The notes under the pieces are model-generated. The model was given only the letters and a program-made list of their open reading frames with translations. It had not been told where the DNA came from and did no database searches. Below, in pieces: positions 52,179-64,000 of a stretch of DNA of 64,000 nt. The DNA is taken from the NCBI RefSeq assembly GCF_022045235.1, contig NW_027266268.1:39990001-40054000 (forward strand), read 5' to 3'. Position 1 is the stretch's first letter. Each line of letters starts with the position of its first letter. Source of the DNA: Haliotis cracherodii. Its lineage: Eukaryota. The position numbers and the translations under genes are program-made.

Positions 52179-53264
52179 TGTAACACAACGATTCACTCTG
52201 TTAACAAGCCAAAATGCACCATTTTCATACCCTTATTATATTTAGACCTGTTAGACCTTGGTCATGATTAGCCCATTCGCGCATGGTGCTGACATTGTTT
52301 GACTCTGGTTACGAATCACACATTCATGTGTGGATCAATATCAGATACAATGCAGAAGGGACTCACACGTTAAGGTACGTTGACATGTTTGAAAACATAT
52401 AACTACACGCTGGATGTTCTGATATATAAGTTAGAAATGCAAGAGAACCAGTCTATATTATACACCTTCTATACACAGATTTTATTTGACGTAAAGGGCA
52501 ACATAGCTATGACAAAATGTATGACTGACTGAAGTAATCAGGGGCATTGACAAGTTTGAAAAAAAAATATGCTTCTTCAACATGCTGGATGTTCAGTAAA
52601 AATGTGATCGCTAAATATCCACTAGAGACACAAAAATCACATTTAAGAACTGCACTACAGAATTTCAGGGACAATGATGTCTTAGATACTATCGGTGTGG
52701 TGGTTTATCTGTTTATTTACTTTATTTGTTCCATATGTAAAAGATATTTTGGTTATGAAGACAGGTATTCAGGTTAGCAAACTTGGTTCGTCTTACAGGT
52801 TTCAATGCCTCGACAATTTAAAATGCGTAAAATGTGAGTCTAAATGCTATTTCAGTCTTACCATTCTTCCGACTTCTTTGAATGAAAAGAACGTTGAGAT
52901 AATACTCATAATAGATTGATGTAATACTGAAACTAAAACAATCTCAACATTTGAGTTTGGATATGAGGTGAGAAAGCAAGGGAACACACCAACTCATAAA
53001 TTGTTCTGATATCTTACCAGCGTTCGCTCATAAGATACCAGAACTATTGCCTCATTTCATAAAATTTCTATTATACGCGACCCGTGATGATCCTGGGTAG
53101 ATAGGTTGCCATAAAAGGCGACTATGCTTGTCGTCAAAGGCGATTAAGCTTGTCATAAGAGGCGACCAACGGGATGTCATCGTATCCCAATTGCTTGGAT
53201 CGAGGCTCATGATGTCAATCATTGGATTGTCTGGTCCACACTCGATTATTTACAGACCGACGGC

Positions 53265-55010
53265 AGTAGTTAAGGACAGTACCCTAGCCCGTAAGTCAGC
53301 AGGAGTTATCTCCCCTACCCAAGGTGCCCTCATCTTGGATGCGCAAAGAGGGGCATGCTTGGTAATGCCGGGGAGACCTGCGCATGCCTCCAAGATGGCG
53401 GCATGTTTGTTTCCGGGAGGCGTGCGAGGAGAAGCGCACGCAAAATCATCCACTTCGATGAAAGAAGCGCACGTAAAATCACCCAAGGAGCAAGTAAGGT
53501 TATCATGGGCAAGCAGTGATCAGGGGGGAGGAGGGACGAGGAGGAGGAGGAGGAGGGTTCTTTTTTTGTTTGTTGGCAAAGCAATGATGAAAGTTTTCTT
53601 TCGAGAGAGTTGTGCGGTCCTGAAAAGGGCCGTTTAGAGAAGAAAAAAACACCAACAATGGAAGGGGAACGGGAACGGGAACAGAAACAGGAACGGAAAC
53701 TTCATCCTGGCTACTTTGGCCGTTGGACTCAGGAGTAGTTGCATGCCTGCCAATGGCCAAAGTAGTTACAGTTGTAGCATAGCGTCCTGTGGTGTTCTGG
53801 CTTTGGCTTGAACTCGTTGGCAGCACGAGTCAATGATTCGATCCACTCCGATGGTGACAACATCGTCCCTGATTACACAATATGTATCTTAACACACCTT
53901 CTGTAGCCTTTCCTCCTCTGGGGGATGTAGCTGGGGTGCTCTGACGAGCAGCCTTGGTGGGTCGTTGTTGACGGGGAACCTTTCCTTCTCCGAGGGATGG
54001 TGCCGGGGTGCTCTGACGAGCAGCCTTTGGGATCCGCTGTTGACGGGGAGCCTTTCCTCCTTCCGATGGATGTAGCTGGGGTGCTCTGATGAACAGACTT
54101 TGGGTCTGCTGTTGACAGGGATGTAGACGGGGCACTCTTACTACAAGACTTTCCTCCAACACGCACCATGCTGATTGGTCCAAAACGCAGCGCGCCGATT
54201 GGTCCATTTCGGTGCTCGTCTGAGCCCCTGTTTTCCAAACCGGTCCGACCCTTGTGTTTCTTTTTCCATAGGGAAAGTCATGTTCCATGGGATAGAAATC
54301 ACAATCCGCTGTTCTAGCTTCTAATTGGTTGCCTTTTCGATCCTGTTCTTTCGGGGGAGACATATCCACCAACCCCATTTCCTCTCGGTGGTATGGTGAC
54401 GTGAGTAAAACCATACGGGGTGTTTTACTCGTGTATCCATGCAAACGTGGTGTCACTCGTGTCTACAAACATACGTTGTTTTTTATGGACATACGTGGTG
54501 TTTTACTCGTGTATCCATGCAAACGTGGTGTCACTCTTGTATACATACATACTGGTTGTCACTCGCGTCTAAATGCATGCACAATGTACATATGGACACG
54601 TTTATATATATATATATATACATACATACATACATACATGTACGTGGTTTATGAATGCATACGTGGTGTACTCCGTGTATAAATACAGTCGTGGGGTAAC
54701 TTGTGTATGACGTTTATCAGTACATGTGTGTTGTCACTCATGCATCCATGGAAATGTGGTGTCACTCGTGTATACATCCTTGCGTGGTGTCACTCGTAAG
54801 CGTGCGCCTCCAAGATTGCGGGGAGGATGTGGGTTGTAGGGTTTGTAATGCTCAAAGTGGTCTTTTGGAAGAGTTGGGTGGCCATGAAAATGGCCGTTGG
54901 CCAAAACAAAAACTGGAACTGGAACTGGAAAAGGATCTGGATCTTGAACTGGAACTGGAAACTGTTGGAAACTGGAAACTGAAATGGATCTTAAATATCA
55001 AAACCTAGAT
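53265..55010 (+). mobile_element. One-ended Maverick-related remnant (family 2), right arm
   Basis: Begins AGTAGTTAAGGACAG at 53265; mirror of 28570-30047. Confidence 0.7.
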
Positions 55011-55117
55011 GAATTAATCTCTTTACATTCCTTCTGGATTCACAATCCTCCCCAGAAAAATGATCATCTCACTTCGTCTTTCGCAGATGAAGAATAGAAA
55101 TGGATGACCAGGCTTGA

Positions 55118-55283
55118 GTGAGTGAGTGAGTATGGTTTTACGCCGCTTTTAGCAATATTCCAGCAATATCACGGCGGGGGACACCACAAATGGGCTTCAC
55201 ACATTGTACCCATGTCGGGAATCGAACCCGGGTCTTCGGCGTGACGAGCGAACGCTTTAACCACTAGGCTACCCGACCGCCCC
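55118..55283 (-). mobile_element. SINE family A, 12-bp TSD GACCAGGCTTGA, right arm only
   Basis: TSD at 55106-55117 and 55284-55295; empty site at about 28465. Confidence 0.92.
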
Positions 55284-55396
55284 GACCAGGCTTGAAGATG
55301 ATCTCCTTCGGTATCATGCCCATCAACACAGTGCATCATGGTACATGCCACTGCTTCCGTCACCTCTTCATTGACTTCCACAAAGGCCTTGTGGAC

Positions 55397-58300
55397 TGTT
55401 GTGTATGTATAAAAGCTATAATACCATGACCAGTATCGATCCACAGACACTCTACTCTATCAGTGCCAATACGTGCATTAGAATTAGCCCCCTTGTTTGC
55501 TCTCTTGAGTGTGAGATCGTTATGTAATAAACCGCATGGTTTTTCACCCGCCATTGATTTGGGTTGGTTATTAAAAACTAAATGTATCTGAAGAGAAAAC
55601 GTAACAATCTGACGACGAGGATTGTTTTTGTTCACGCCACTAGTGACAAACCAACGTTTAGCTATAATGGCAGCCATTGGAAACATTGAAGCATTTGACG
55701 AAGCAAACGGCACATGGGATGTGTATGCTGAACACATGGATGCGTATTTGAAGGCGAATGCAGTTGAGGAAAACTTACTTGTGAGTTCATTTCTGGCTGT
55801 AATTGGAAACAGAACTTATACTTTACTCAGAAGTCTTGTATCACTGGCGAAACCGGCAGATAAATCTTTGGAGGAATTGACGAATGTTTTAAAGGAACAC
55901 TACAGTCCGAGACCTGTTGTAATTTCTCAGAGACATAGATTTAGAAACTGGCGCCAAGAAACAAGTGAAACTATCGACAAGTATGTTGTTACATTTCGTG
56001 AGTTGAGTAAACATTGTGATTTTGGGACAAATCTGAATGACCAATTACATGATCAGTTAGTTTGTGGTCACAGATCGGATTCTATACAAAAGAGACCTTT
56101 GTCAGAAGACTTCAGTTTCCCTTGTGAGAGCTACCAATTACACTCAAGAATTACACAACAAGGTAAATTCAGAAGTAAACAAGTTATCAGTAAAGAAGAG
56201 AACTTTCCACAGAGATAAGCATGACAAGCGTCACACATATCCTACTGTAGTCACTGCTCCAAGACAAATCATCATGCTAATGACTGTTGGTTCAAAGACA
56301 TTGAATGTTACAAATGTGGCAAATCTGGACACATTAAAGCTACCTGTAGATCTAAACCAAAAAAATCAGATGAGAGGAAGAAACACGCTTATGACAAACA
56401 CAGGGTTCATAATCTAGATGAAGAACAAGGTGATGATATGAATGAACTTCCACTTTTCTGTGTGAAAGATCACGACCTCGACAACATTTGGGTGTATCCG
56501 AAAATCCACAACAGAGAACTGAAGATGGAGCTTGATATTGGATCAGCCTTATCGATCATATCAACCAAAGAATATAAATCTAGATTCAGTGATCTCAACC
56601 TGAACAAAACTGATGTTGTTCTAAAGACTTATACAGGTCAACCAGATAAACCTGAAGGCAAGTTAGACGTTATCGTCGAATATCAAGGTTAGAGGGAGAA
56701 CTTAGAGTTGTATGTGGTTGATGGTCCAGGGCCGTCTCTACTGGGAAGATCTTGGTTACACAAGATACAACTTGACTGGCAATCGATTAAACAGTTAACA
56801 GCCGTACCCAGAGAAACTAAAGGCGAGTTACAGGACATTTTACAAGCTCATGCACCAGTGTTTCGTAAGTAGCTTGGAACAGTGAAAATGTTAAGGCAAA
56901 GATAGAAGTAGAAGATGGAGTGACGCCAAAGTTTGTTAAAGCACGACCAGTCCCCTACTCTACGACCAAAAGTGGATGAAGAAATTGACAGGCTGGTACA
57001 GGAGGAAATCATTGAACCTGTTGACTTTAGTGACTGGGCAACGCCAATAGTTCCCGTGGTGAAGAAGAATGGTAAAATAAGACTTTGTGGAGATTTCAAT
57101 GTCACCATTTATCCTGTATTAAAGCGTGTGGAACATCCACTTCCAAGAATAGAAGATTTGTTCTCCAATTTGGCTGGTGGTCAGAAATTTAGTAAAATAG
57201 ACTTGTCCAATGCATACCAACAAATGTTATTGGAAGATGATTCAAAGAAGTTAGTTGTTCTGAGTACCCAGAAAGGATTGTTTACATTCAGTCGCCTACC
57301 CTTTGGTGTGTCTTCAGCACCCACACTATTCCAGCGTACAATGGAACAGATTCTACAGGGACCGGAGTACTCTGTTACATGGATTATATGCTCATCACAG
57401 GCAAATCTGCTGCAGACCATTTGACTAATCTCAAAAATGAGCTTCAGAGATGGGAAAACTGGGGTATAAGAGTGAGCAGAGAGAAATGCTTCTTTTTCCA
57501 GTGGAATATCTAGGACACAAGATTGACTCAATGGTCTTCACACGTCAAAAGACAAGGTAGAAGCAGTAGTGGAAGCTCCCGCACCTGCACATGTCACACA
57601 GCTCTGCAGCTTTCTAGGACTCGTCAACTATTATAACAGGTTCCTACAGAATCCATCTACAGTGCTCCGACCACTCCACAAGTTGCTCGAGAAAGATGTT
57701 GAATGGAACTGGACCAGAGAAGCTGATTGTGCCTGTAAGAAAGCTAAAAGACTGTTGTCATCAGCGGATGTACTTGTACATTATGATCCAGAGTTACCAG
57801 TTACGTTAGCATGTGATGCCTCTCTATATGGGGTTGGCGCAGTGTTATCACATGTAACCAAGAATGGAGAAAAACCTATCGTTTTCACATCCAGAACATT
57901 AACGAGCACAGAGCTCAACTATGCTCAAATCAAATCGAGGCTTCGGCCCTGACATTTTGTGTGAAGAAGTTCTCACAGTATCTCATTGGTAAGAAATTCA
58001 CACTTGTTATAGATCAACGCCCTCTCACCAAGATATTCGGACCAAAGACTAGTATTCCAAAGTTAGCGGCAGCTAGACTACAACGTTGGGCAAGTCAGCG
58101 TATGACTACAATTTAGAATACAGGACATCCCAAAGTAACGCCAATGCAGACGGATTTTCCCGTTTACCGTTACCTGCCAAAGCCAAAGACTATGACAATG
58201 AAGACCCAGCTAGTATCTTTAACTTGTCACAGATATCAAGTGTACCAGTTGAAGCTTCCAAAGTGACCACAGAGACCAGGAAGGACATTGTATTGTCAAA

Positions 58301-59929
58301 AGCAGTTGACAATGCTCTCACAGGATGGTGTATGACTGTTAACCAATCTCTAAAGCCATTCTACAGACGCAAGGATGAACTAACAGTTCAACAAGGTTGC
58401 CTCATGTGGGGCATGCTTGTCGTAATTCCTCACAGTCGCAGACCGACGGTGTTGACAGAATTACATGAAGGTCACCAAGGTGTCGTCAAAATGAAGGCCC
58501 TCGCACGAAGCTACGTGTGGTGGCCAGACATTGACAACGACATAGAAGAGACAGCCAAAGAATGTGATGAATGCCAGAGACATCAGAACTTGCCACAATC
58601 TTCACCTCTGCATCCATGGCAGTATCCACCAGGTCCATGGCACAGACTGCATGTTGATTTTGCAGGCCAATTTGAAGGTAAAATGTTTTTTGTGGTGATT
58701 GATGCTTACAGCAAGTGGCCAGAGGTTGTAATTATGAATTCAGTCACAGCTTCTAAGACTATAGAAGCTCTTCGCAGCATATTCAGTAGATTTGGATTAC
58801 CTCTACAAATCGTAAGTGACAACGGACCTCAGTTCACGTCCGAAGAGTTTGCTCACTTCGCCAGCAGGAATGGGTTCCAACACATAACGTCAGCGCCCTA
58901 TCACCCTGCCAGTAACGGGTTAGCTGAGAGGTTTGTTCAGACCCTGAAACAAGCTTTACGTGCAAGTTCATCCCAAGATTCAACTATCCAACAGAGACTG
59001 TCAGTGTTCTTAATGAGATATAGGAACACACCACATTCTATCACTAAGGAACCACCATCAGTGTTGTTAGTAGGTAGCAGATTAAGGTCAAGATTGGATC
59101 TTCTAAAGCCAAGTGTAGCTCAAACAATGGCTATTTCGCAGGAGAGACAGATCCAAGACCGAGCCAATCAAAGGATTCGAACACAGGAGTTTGAGTCCAG
59201 TGATACCGTTATGGTAAGGAGCTACCGTGATGGTCCCAAATGGATACCAGGATCAGTTGTTCAACGCACAGGACCTGTTTCATATCAAGTTCAAGTAGAT
59301 CCGAACACTACATGGTGACGTCACTCAGATCAACTTGTGTCACATACTCCGTCAAAACAAGCTACACCTGATCAACGCAGTAGCATCAACATTCCATTCC
59401 TTGAGGGAGAAAGTTGTACAAGTGTTCAAGATACAGTGAACGCAGAACAGTATGTAAATGACAAGGTTGTCATTCCTGAACGTCGGTATCCAGTGCGCGA
59501 AAGAAAGGCTCCAGTCCGCCTTGATTTGTGACTTTAATGTCAGCAGTATTAATCTTTAATTGAAATGATTTGTTTTGTATGAACCAGTTGAAAGACATTC
59601 AGTTAAATGTGTTTATTTCAGGGAACAAAGACTTCTAACCAGTAAAGAATTTCATTGACTCTTGTTACTAATGTTCACAATTAACAGTGGTGAACATGTA
59701 AGCTAACTTGGGAGGAGATGTTGTGTATGTATAAAAGATTTAATACCATGACCAGTATTGATCCACAGACTCTCTACTTTATCAGTGCAAATACGTGCAT
59801 TAGAATTACCTCCCTTGTTTGCTCTCTTGAGTGTGAGATCGATATGTAATGAACCGCATGGTTTTTCAACCGCCATTGATTTGGGTTGGTCATTGAAAAC
59901 TAAATGTATACGCCAGTGAAAACGTAACA
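55397..59929 (+). mobile_element. Full-length decayed Ty3/Gypsy (Mag-like) LTR retrotransposon
   Basis: TG..CA LTRs 55397-55606 and 59719-59929; TSD TGGAC; PBS-like TGACGACGAGG; PPT GGGAGGAGA; gag with two zinc knuckles, protease LDIGS, RT, RNase H (ACDAS), integrase (HVDFAG, SDNGPQF). Confidence 0.97.
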
Positions 59930-61237
59930 TGGACCACCTTCGACACGGTCAACAACCCTTAGGGATAAATCCCAGAAAAGTTGCCCTCCACGGGATCAAA
60001 AGCTGTAGTCAGCCCTAAAGTGGACAGGACATCCGCTAGCTCAAAACTGGATTCCATCTTTTACTTTTATGTGCATGGACACATTCTCTTCCTTCAATGA
60101 ATTCAGCAAGAACTGAAGATGATGAGGCTTTAGGTTCTGTTCCAGGGAAGTCAAACTACTGGATTCTCTTGGAAGGAGTTTGTCCCCAACATAAGGTAGT
60201 TCGAGCACTGTGCAATCCAAGTCTTTGATCTCACTGTACCCAAACGTGTACATGGTGTTCATCATATTAACGACGACCTTCTTTGAGGAGAAGACTGTGA
60301 ACGAGTCCTTCCTTGTTGAATCCTTATCAAAGACATTTGACCATTTTCCTTTAAAATAGATTGCATTTACTAAAATCATTGATGTGTCTCCAGTGAGAGA
60401 CAGGGTGAGATCACTCCCTGGATCTTATTGTGGGTCTGTTCGGCCACCCAGGTATTGATCTTGGTTCCCCATGAAGTCACAGGAATCAGTTTCAGCTCCG
60501 AAATGTTGAGCCGCCCTTTTTGAGAACTCGGGGCACAGTTGCTTGTCCTTTCTCACAAACAGTTTATTAGCCACAGCTAATTCACAGCCTTTCACTTTTC
60601 CAGTCATAACTGACAAGTACTCCTGCAAAGCGATATGAACGGTACGTGCCCCCTACGGGTGAATGGATATTCTCAGATAATGTAGCAGTATCATGTTGAA
60701 ACTGTCATATGTGCCAATTACTCGAACATTTCTGCATACATCATTATGGAACTTAATCTTTAGCATATCTGGTTTGCAGCATAATACATAATATGTTTGG
60801 CATCTTTATTACGATTACAGATCAAGCTATGTTCATCAACCTTTGACCGTGTATCCCATATTTGCAATTGTTATTGCATGTTTGACATCTCCTGTGAAAT
60901 ATTGTATGAATAATCCAAGCTATGGTGTCTCCAAATAACGTGTGTGGAATAATACCTGTCTTAGCATTTATGATATTTTTGGTATTAAGCTACGAACTTT
61001 TCACCTTCATGCAGCCCCGTTTTTTTCTACTGCGATTTTGACATCTTCTCTTAAAGTATAAAGCTCATGAGGCTGGCAATACAATCATATTATATTATAT
61101 CTGGTCAACAAAGGACAGTAAAACTAACTAGCAAAATAAACCAAACCTGCACTTACACGTGCGTCATAATTACATCATGATATGGTTTCATGAGGCTAGA
61201 ACTTATTTTGTATGAAAAGCAAAATGAGGACACTGTC

Positions 61238-61850
61238 AAATTACAGTGGCATATGTTGATATGTGTAAACGTAGGTCTCACCTCCATAATCGTCATCGCC
61301 AGAGTCATCAGAATCGGAACTCCCATCTTTTGCTAAAGAAGTAAAAGGATCAAATTAAAATATATCGATAACATATTGATGAAATATTGAAAACAATATT
61401 GTGGCAACACTCAGATTTGAAGTCCGATGAGTTTACGTTAAGCTGCTGCAGTTAGGCAAGGATTACTCACAAAGGAGTAGTTGCGGGAATATATAAAGTC
61501 TGGCGTCATGTTTTCTTTCGTTTGTATGACAAATTAACATTGTCGTGGCATGGCAATGTTCTTGATTATGGCCGTTTGTTAAGCAAAATGAGGGCATTGG
61601 CAAATTACAGTGGCATATGTTGATATGTTTGAACTTAGGTCTCACCTCCATAATCGCCATCGCCAGAGTCATCAGAATCGGAACTCCAATCTTTTGCTAA
61701 AGAAGAATTATCATATTAAAATATATTGATAACATATTGATGAAATACTGAAAACAAAATTGTGGCAACACTCAGATTTGAAGTTCGTTGAGTTCGCGTT
61801 CAGCTACTGCAGTTAGGCAAGGATTACTCACAAAGAAGTAGTGGCGGTAA
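61238..61850. repeat. About 250-bp local direct duplication, right arm only
   Basis: AAATTACAGTGGCATATG..GGATTACTCACAAAG occurs at about 61238-61490 and 61602-61850; single copy at about 26370-26615. Confidence 0.8.
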
Positions 61851-64000
61851 TATATTCCGGTAGTGGGGTTATGTTCAAGTTAAAGAAAGGGAATAGACGG
61901 ATCCAGTCGGTCAATCAAAATTGGCGCATGCATCAGTTTGAGCCAATCAGAAGGCCGGGAGCTCTTTGTGGATTTGTCAGACCATACCCAAGCAGCGACG
62001 TGGCTACGGTTTGTGCTATTTTCACTTGCGATATTCATTAATTATTGCTGGGATTAGATGTATACCTTTACCCACACCCACAACGTCTGGAGAAAAATGT
62101 TTGAGGCTGATCAAGATGTGCGGTAGGCCTCACCATCAGTTAAATGTCGCCACCATCTTCCACGAGACTGCTCGAAGGTGAGAATTTGCACGAATTTTCG
62201 CACTTTTGCACATATGCATACTCAATACAGGTAAATGACAACACGTAGCAAGTTATGATTTACGCATGTTATAAACAAGCATAATGCTTGTAACTACAAA
62301 ATCGTTTTTGAATTATGTATTTTGGCAGCATCGGTCATTGAGTTTGCAGGTCATATTGCTGAAATGTGACACGCGAGACGGCCGTGACACACTGTAAACA
62401 AATATGACAGTGATCTGATTTCAGTTAGTGCAGACCGAAATCTACTATTACTTACATTGAAGTACAATCTAGTGGAAATTGTACTCCTCTCTCTTAGATA
62501 TGATTTATTTTGTTACAGATTTGTAGATATGGTTTAATTTCAAAATCACAATAAGTCTCTCTATCAATATTACAAATTACTCGAGCATAATATTGCAAAT
62601 TACTCTAACAGTAGACATAGAAATATAATCATTGTCAATGGTTTTCGTTCCACAAAATCTGTCAATTTAATTCATATAAGTTCCCATTAAATCATGCCTT
62701 GACTATTTCAGCATTTCTATGAAGAGACAGGACCCATGCAGTAATGAATTACCTGATCCTTTCCTTGTGAAATCATCCCTTTAAGGTTAGAAAGAAGAGG
62801 AACATTTCGTGAGAAGGAAGCGAATTACTGAAATATTTGACAGATTGAAATAAAAAAATAATCTAATCAAGTTATCAATAACTATTTCAACCAGTTATTT
62901 AATTGATGCCGTATAAAAGTAAGATTAATATGATTTAATTGCACTAATAAACACTAAATGTTTGATGGTACAACATCCACCTGGTATAAAACTTAGCTTG
63001 TTGGCTCTTTCTATAGGACATAATATTATTAAAAAAATCTTTTTAAATAATATATTTTTGAAAAAGATAGTGTTGAAAGTGATTACCCGTATCATAAGGC
63101 ATGATACTTATTTCACGATTGTCAATATTTGATAACTGAGCAAGAGCTAGTGTTTATTAAGGATGTTGGTTATTTACATATTGTTCAAGGTTTGGTTATG
63201 ATTATGTTGAGAATGAGCTTTATATTTACTTCACAGTGCTTTTGCTGGCTTCAGGACATTTTCAAGTGGGGGTTTTGTATTTTGATATCACTTTACCAAA
63301 TTTAGACCAACTTTAGGACATTGATGACAATCAGTCAGCATCCTAGAAAAGGAACTGGCCTGAATCCCTGTTTCTGTTTGTTTTCATTATTTAAGGAAAG
63401 GTCATGTTCACACCAGTATTTGTGATGCGAACTTCGGATGTATGTTTAAGTATCTAATCATCTCCAGGTGTCCGGCAACCTGATATTTGCATTATAAATG
63501 TATGTTGTTTCATGCATAAGTAATACTTGTCACTTCACATGTGATATTTCAATTGTGATATATTATTTAGTGTTATGTCCTATAGGCATGTGGTTTCTGG
63601 AGCAATAAAGGAATTATTTCTTATGTAACAGTCATGATGTCAATAGGTAATTTTGTTGAAAACTTTGAACTTATGACATATTTAAGTCTACATAAGGAAG
63701 AGAATTTAAGGATGATGGTATTCCTCATATTTAAGCTGACATCATAAATTCATTTCCTTATGAGATATTTGTTGTACTTAAGTTACATGTTTAGTTGTTA
63801 ACAGTAATAATTCTTGGATTCATGACAAGTTTTTTTAATAACAGATCATAAATGAAATATAATTTGTGTTGTAAATTTTATCAATGCAAGTCAATTGAAG
63901 GGATGTACTGCAGACCCTGCCTTCAGATACTTTTCCGTCACAGGTTTCCCTTTTCTGGAACATGGATCCCATTGATTTGATATAACCATGGCAGTTACAG

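Larger units (their letters stand above)
55012..60660 (-). pseudogene. Serpin pseudogene (right arm), split by Gypsy and SINE
   Basis: LAVANKLFV, MILVNAIYFKGKW, VSKVVH|KAFVEVNEEVTEAVA. Confidence 0.9.
46155..64000 (-). repeat. Right arm of the inverted duplication (continues beyond window)
   Basis: Mirrored order of Maverick, ankyrin, Maverick-2, serpin and AT-rich flank; paired ORFs such as 27699/60379 and 31075/52196. Confidence 0.95.

Noticed and set aside
55200-55283. tRNA genes (also 4620-4695 and family B heads)
   Set aside because: Heads are attached to SINE bodies with (ACTC)n tails and TSDs.
24222-64000. Giant TIRs of one element, or a simple assembly fold-back artefact
   Set aside because: Arms are several percent diverged with independent insertions and deletions and contain host-type sequence; a haplotype mis-join still needs a read check.

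Overview
This is AT-rich, repeat-dense animal genomic DNA. The SINE/LINE families and ankyrin genes suggest a gastropod mollusc such as abalone, but that is inference only. Positions 1-24 kb hold decayed Tc1/mariner, RLE-type, I/Nimb-type and Penelope-like elements, three SINE-like families, and two phase-compatible exons of a Cys-rich host gene. From about 24.2 kb to the window end the sequence is one large diverged inverted duplication: left arm 24222-38423, right arm 46155-64000 and continuing, roughly 90-95% identical by eye. Each arm carries a serpin pseudogene hit by a Gypsy element (full length on the right, solo LTR on the left), a one-ended Maverick/Polinton remnant, an open ankyrin-repeat exon followed by a minisatellite and a partial ankyrin cassette, and a second Maverick/Polinton. 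The right-hand copy of that second element keeps both AGTAGT-type TIRs and a 6-bp TSD (43553-50494), and the two copies have complementary deletions. The most interesting signals are: (1) ankyrin copies whose substitutions cluster on the binding face, with signs of gene-cassette conversion within each arm; (2) a reconstructable Maverick with mirror-image CCAAT/TATA promoters in front of two unknown zinc-binding genes; (3) a non-tRNA SINE head that can fold into a pseudoknot. All calls come from manual reading and translation; no database searches were run.
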